NCBI GenBank assembly: GCA_027923505.1 | Contig: BROI01000006.1 | Span: 186,001 to 250,000, forward strand | Origin: Mayamaea pseudoterrestris | Lineage: Eukaryota | DNA length: 64,000 nt | Reading direction: 5' to 3' | Shown: piece by piece, positions 58,992-64,000 of the stretch | Layout of the letters: each line of letters begins with the position of its first letter | Numbering within the stretch: the stretch's first letter is position 1 | Program-made: the position numbers and the translations under genes | Notes under the pieces: model-generated | The model's database searches: none | Seen by the model: only the letters and a program-made list of their open reading frames with translations | Told to the model about the DNA's origin: nothing

Positions 58992-61841
58992 CTAGTTATT
59001 AGCAGCGTTCAGTCGCTTGATACTCTCCTCCACTCGCTTCTGTGTGTCGACAGAGGTTTTTTCCTTGTAATCCTGGAATGAGCCACGGACACGCGATACA
59101 TGGCCTTCGTCAACGACCCAAAGTTCAGTACATGTCTTGGAGACAAAGTATTCGTCGTGAGAGACGACCATGATGCCACCTTTGAAATCCTGCATGGCTT
59201 CCACAAGTGCGTCTACGGCTTCCATACTCCTGTCAGAAGAGTGTGAAAAGGGTTCAACAGCCGTGTGAGTAACAGTAATCACGAGGACACCGCATGTGCA
59301 TGTGAAGCTGTGCAAATATACTGATCTGTACAAAAGTGCTTACAAGTGATTCGAGCCCTCGTCGATGATCAAAACATGGGGTTTCTTAAACCTGGATATA
59401 AACGCATATGTAAGTGAGCATATTAACATACAAAATGTGCGCCCACAAACTTACGCTAGAGCGGCAAACGCAACCCTTGACTTTTGTCCTCCAGAAAGGA
59501 GCATCATTGGCTTCAGGGCATCATTTCCCTGAATTTGGAAGCGCCCGAGAAATGATCTCATTTCCTGATCCTCCGCCTCCTCGAACTGGTTCAGCACTAC
59601 AAAAATGATAAAATTGTTGAGGTTGGCACGGGCTGCAGTCGTCATGGAAAAAAAATCCTCTGGGGTGACTTACAATTTTCAAGTGCCGAGAGCTTCAAGT
59701 TGAAGTTGTCGGCGCTATGCTGCGTAAAATGGCCTATTCGCAGCACGCCATTGATTGAGATAGATCCTTTCATTGGTTTCAATCGCCCCATGACAAGGTT
59801 CAGCACTAAGAACCAAAACCGAGAGGGTGAGATTGGCGTAGCAACCTCCATCGTAAACACGTGCCTCTATTAGCTTGACTTACGCGTGGTCTTTCCTTGT
59901 CCGTTTCTTCCAAGAAGAGCAATCTTTGAGGTCAAGTCCACGCCAAAATTAACCTTCTGAAGAAGAAACTGGTCTTCCGGCTTTCGCGACCCATCAGGCA
60001 GGGTTGGCTTGTAATCAAAGTACACATCATTGATTGCGATAATTGGAGGACCCAGTGGTTCACTATTAGGAATCGCAAACCTCCAAACTTGGTCAACCTC
60101 GACAGCCTCGGGCGCTTCAGCATCCATCTTCTCAACAGCCTTGATCCGAGATTGGACCATGGTCGCGCGCTTTGCGTTCGCTCGAAACTTGGTGATAAAG
60201 TCCATCATGTGCTCGCGCTTTGAGTGGTAGGCCTCGTAGACGCGCATTGCATTCCTTATGGCCTCGTCGCGAAGCTTTACATAGTTGCTAAAGTTGCCGC
60301 GGTAGTACGTTATTTTGCGGTGTTTAAGCTCCATGATGTCCGTACATACTTCATTGAGAAAGCCACGGTCATGAGAAACAACAATCAAAGTATGCTTGTA
60401 TGTTGTCAAGTACTCCTCTAGCCAAATCACAGCCTCCAAATCGAGGTGGTTGCTGGGCTCATCGAGCTTTAAGAAAAAGGGGAAGACATGTTCTGATAGT
60501 TAGCAACGCACTATGGATGACGAAACCCACACTATACCATGCAGACCGTACCATGCAAATTTCCGGCTCGACAAACAGAGCGGCCGCAAGGGCTACTCGC
60601 ATCTTCCATCCACCTGACAGTGATGAAATTAAAGCATGTTGCATTTCTGGGCTGAACTGAAGACCCGCTAGAATCATGGCGGCTCTGGCATCGGCATTAT
60701 CAGAGCCCAACAGCTGGAGTCGCGAGTAGATATCATCAAGCTTCTTCAAATCAGCATCAAGCTGCTTCATATCATCTTTCTTTGCCAGCAATCGCTTGCG
60801 TTTCTCTTCAACCGAGAGTGCTTCATCAACAACACCATCCATTCCCTCTTCAAGCTTGGCAACAATCGCCTTTTCGGCAGCAATCAGTTCCATGCGTTCA
60901 GTGTCCGCCTGCAAGACGGCATCCATGACTGTTAAATCCTTTGTAAAATGACTCGGTACTTCTTGTCGAACGTGCAACACTCGAAGATGTGTCGGAAACC
61001 CTTCAATCTCTTGTCCGCTTATCGCTTTTAGTAGTGTGGACTTGCCTGTATGAGCACGAAACACAATTGAGTATAGATTCACACAGCAACGCTCAATATA
61101 CGTTTGCGAGTACTTGCCCGTTCCATTTTCGCCAATCAAGCCATATCGCCGCTGGTAGGCAAACTTCAACTCGCCATTTTCGAGCAAAGCCGTTCCGTTT
61201 GGAAGTGAAATAGTCACGTTGCGTACTAATACGTCGCGTTTCTTGTCCACACCAGCACCACCGGAGCGTGCCACGTACGACATTTTCACCAGCCCACCCG
61301 AAAGTTCCTGGTCTGGATCAACATCCTTTTTCGATTGCAAAAGCTTTCGCGCAAACTCGGCTTCCGCCTTGCGCGACTTTCGCTTATCCCTGGCGCTGGA
61401 CTTGTCGTTCTGGGCGTCAATGAGTGTGTTCGCCATGGCCTTGACTCCAGTGTCTGTGCCCCAAAGTGACGCCAATTGTTTTGCTTCATTCTCATCGTTG
61501 ACTTCCAAGTTGCTGCTCATGTTCACCACGCCTTGCAGTAACTTGCGCGCAGCGCCTTCTTGCGCAGCAAATGTTGTCGCGGTTGACGTTTCGACTCGCA
61601 AAATGTCAGAAACAACTTGTTCCGCTTGCTCGCTCACCTCATCAGAACATTGCACTGACTCTAGGAATGGTCTCAAAACGTCCTCAATGATATCATCAAT
61701 GGATCCGGAGTCTTCATCGGCCTGTGATGTGAGCATGCCACAAATGTAGTCGATCGTTTCGTCATCCAAATCAGTGGATGATAGGATGGGCTGCAAGGCA
61801 GCAAGGAGTTGCTCGTGTAAGTCAGCCTGTGTCACCCTCAT
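58992..61841 (-). CDS. ABC-F family ATPase (ABCF3/GCN20-like), 7 exons; introns 61046-61117 (GC-AG), 60467-60551, 59806-59883, 59597-59673, 59392-59454, 59230-59343
   Basis: RRYGLIGENGTGKST, LSGGWKMRVALA, LDEPSNHLD, VSHDR, LLGRNGQGKTT, LSGGQKSRVAFA, VSHDE. No TM domains. Confidence 0.95.
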
Positions 61842-62106
61842 TCTGGTACCCCAAGTTGCTGATGAATAGGTTGTTCAAGAAGCAAGTCAACAGGGGTGCT
61901 TGGTCGCTTGGTTGTCCGAAAGGATTTCGTTGGCCATGATGAATCCTTCCGTGATGGCTGATGTGAGCAAATGTCGCACAGCAACTGATCCGTCGCACGA
62001 CGCGGCGCGCCATCACATAAATCCGATTCGTCCGACGACCAAGCTGCTGCATTAGCCTTGCCATTTGGAATCGATACCGTATCTCCTTCATTCCTAGAAT
62101 CACATC

Positions 62107-63372
62107 ATGCTATCAAAAATAAAATGTCTAAATCGCGGTAATGCTCATTTGATTCTCCGTCGAAGTGTTCGTGCCTTTTCCGATGATGCCATAGAACACC
62201 GAATCTTTCCGTCTCGCACCAAGTTGGACCTCGACGAAACCTTTATCGAACCCTTTCTTTTCTCCATTGGACAACTACCGGAGATACATGATGCTTTGGA
62301 AGCGAGAAAACTTTGCAGGCCCGTCAACCTGGATGAATTGGAACGAGCGACAAAAGTGTTTAGCAGCATTCAGCCAGGGGGCGGCGAACACAAGGCCGCC
62401 TTGGCGCTTTTGGCGGATAGTCAGGATCCACCCGCTGCAGTCAAAACGTTGAAGTATTTACAAAACTACCAGCAAAGTCGGCAGGAGCAGTTCTCTGTGC
62501 AAATATCGCTCGCCAAGGCGCTTTGGCTTGGCGGAGATTTCGAAGGAGCAGAGTCAACGTGCTCGCACCTTTTGCAAAACGACACGCTGCTATCCAACTT
62601 GTCGCCACTGCACACTGCATCTGCTCGCACTGGTCAAGCGATTAGTCGCATTTGTGCGGCAGAGTCACTGGACCATGTCTTTTCCGTGCGGGATCCGTTT
62701 CGCATGGTGGTCAAGTCCTTGGAGGGAGGTTCCTCACAGCCTGCGCTAGCCCTTGCCCGGCTCAACTATGGAACCGCTGAAGCCATTTATGCGCACATTG
62801 TTGCAAGAGAAAATAAAGTGCACGTTCCTCTCGATGGCGCAATGCGCGCCTGGAAACAGGGACTAGCTACACTACGGAAGGGTAAAGATGCGAGCCTGCT
62901 GACGTACGCCATTGAGGCGCAGTTGCTGATCCAGTTGGCTTGGGGACTTTTACAAATGGGAGATGAGATTGACATTATTAAGCGGGCATCGGAGTTTGCC
63001 GCTGAGGCTCTCGATATTTACGACAATCACGGCGGTGGTGACGGAGAGGGGATGTGGCGACAATTGTTTGTGATAATAGGCACCTGCCTCCACAAAACAG
63101 GATCAGCTGTAATGGCTGAAGGAATCTTTCAAAAAGCCACTCATCGCGAGGAGAGAAGTCGGAGCACGTTGGACCGACTTCAGCTTCGAAGTGCCTTTCA
63201 AGCTCACGCAGAGCTTTGTCAAGAATGGGAGAAGCGCGAGCGCGATGCCGAGCGACTACAAGCCCAAGCTTTAGAAGTTGAATCAGCGTTGCCAATGACA
63301 TGGAAACACAAACCAGCTTTATACAGTACTCTTTGGTTTTGGACGCCATCGCAGGTCGTGATTTCTAAGTAG
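62107..63372 (+). CDS. Uncharacterised helical-repeat (TPR-like) protein, probable mitochondrial presequence
   Basis: 421-aa uninterrupted ORF; N-terminus ...ILRRSVRAFS; Ala/Leu-rich helices such as LAKALWLGGDFEGAE. Confidence 0.7.
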   Translation: MLSKIKCLNRGNAHLILRRSVRAFSDDAIEHRIFPSRTKLDLDETFIEPFLFSIGQLPEIHDALEARKLCRPVNLDELERATKVFSSIQPGGGEHKAALALLADSQDPPAAVKTLKYLQNYQQSRQEQFSVQISLAKALWLGGDFEGAESTCSHLLQNDTLLSNLSPLHTASARTGQAISRICAAESLDHVFSVRDPFRMVVKSLEGGSSQPALALARLNYGTAEAIYAHIVARENKVHVPLDGAMRAWKQGLATLRKGKDASLLTYAIEAQLLIQLAWGLLQMGDEIDIIKRASEFAAEALDIYDNHGGGDGEGMWRQLFVIIGTCLHKTGSAVMAEGIFQKATHREERSRSTLDRLQLRSAFQAHAELCQEWEKRERDAERLQAQALEVESALPMTWKHKPALYSTLWFWTPSQVVISK

Positions 63373-63894
63373 CAATTTATCTGTCACGCGACGAGTGCAA
63401 CTACTGCGCGCCACACAACTAGCAGTTGCTTTTCCGCAACAAAAACTGTGTTTTTGTAAAGGGTCTTATTACCGCTTTTGTCTTGGCAACCATCGTTGCC
63501 TTTCTTCTGGCTTGGTTGGCACATCAAAATCTATCTCAAATTTGGAGTACCGGTGCGTCTTTCTGTGACCTGACCGTTGATGGCGTCACGCCAAAAGCAT
63601 GGATACTTAACGCAACCGAGCGAGCATGACCATGTGCGACATCGCCTGCCGTGCAACTCTTTTCAGCGACACAACCGAGGACAGCATCGACACCTAATAC
63701 AGTAGTTGCCATCCTCCATACGTATTCTCCTCATCAAATCTCCTTTCTAGCGCTTTACGATTGACGGAAAAGGAGTTTTATAAGGGGAGAAAGTTTTAAT
63801 TGCGAGCTTTATCGCCAAGAAGAGGGCCGAATTCGACTTGACAGCTGCCTCCATCTCAAACTCATAGTTTAGCTAATCGCTTGCAAAACAAAAC

Positions 63895-64000
63895 ATGTCT
63901 AAGAAAGAACCATTGACGCAACAACATGGCGGAAAGCCGCTATTTGAGGGTATGGATGCAATCCAGCGCTATCAGGACGAGCACGCCAACGACGAGGCGC
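63895..64000 (+). CDS. 5' end of an ORF truncated by the window edge (MSKKEPLTQQHGGKPLFEG...)
   Basis: AAACATG start context, open to the end of the window. Confidence 0.45.
   Translation, partial: MSKKEPLTQQHGGKPLFEGMDAIQRYQDEHANDEA

Overview
Eukaryotic nuclear DNA, most likely from a diatom: short GT-AG introns, dense genes, signal peptide + Phe-type plastid presequences, and an HSF and a stramenopile-type Myb-like gene. Bases 1-~11,534 are a tandem satellite with a 356-bp unit (about 32 full-length or near-full-length copies plus partial ones; it runs off the left edge). Each unit is a diverged dimer of ~186+170-bp halves. Both halves carry a homologous 27-bp palindrome with compensatory changes. 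The array is strongly CpG-depleted and shows recurrent breakpoints and kb-scale duplications. A second ~178-bp repeat (11,535-12,108) abuts it. The remaining ~52 kb holds about 25 genes, mostly in head-to-head/tail-to-tail pairs: REX1B, a thylakoid-lumen protein, plastid-type PheRS-alpha fused to an EMAP-II/Arc1p tRNA-binding domain, RUS1, mitochondrial uS17, an EGF/Ig-like membrane protein, a CUE protein, a TFIIS-M/SPOC protein, presenilin, PRPP synthetase, PEX22, RanBP1, cyclophilin, USP-Tudor, DUF1350, an ankyrin protein, a double GT32, a Myb-like protein, a WD40 protein, HSF, ALKBH7 and ABCF, plus a decayed partial duplicate of the ABCF locus. A recurrent CGGTAC/TACCGT motif occurs in most divergent promoters. 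All domain calls are from motif recognition by eye; no searches were run.
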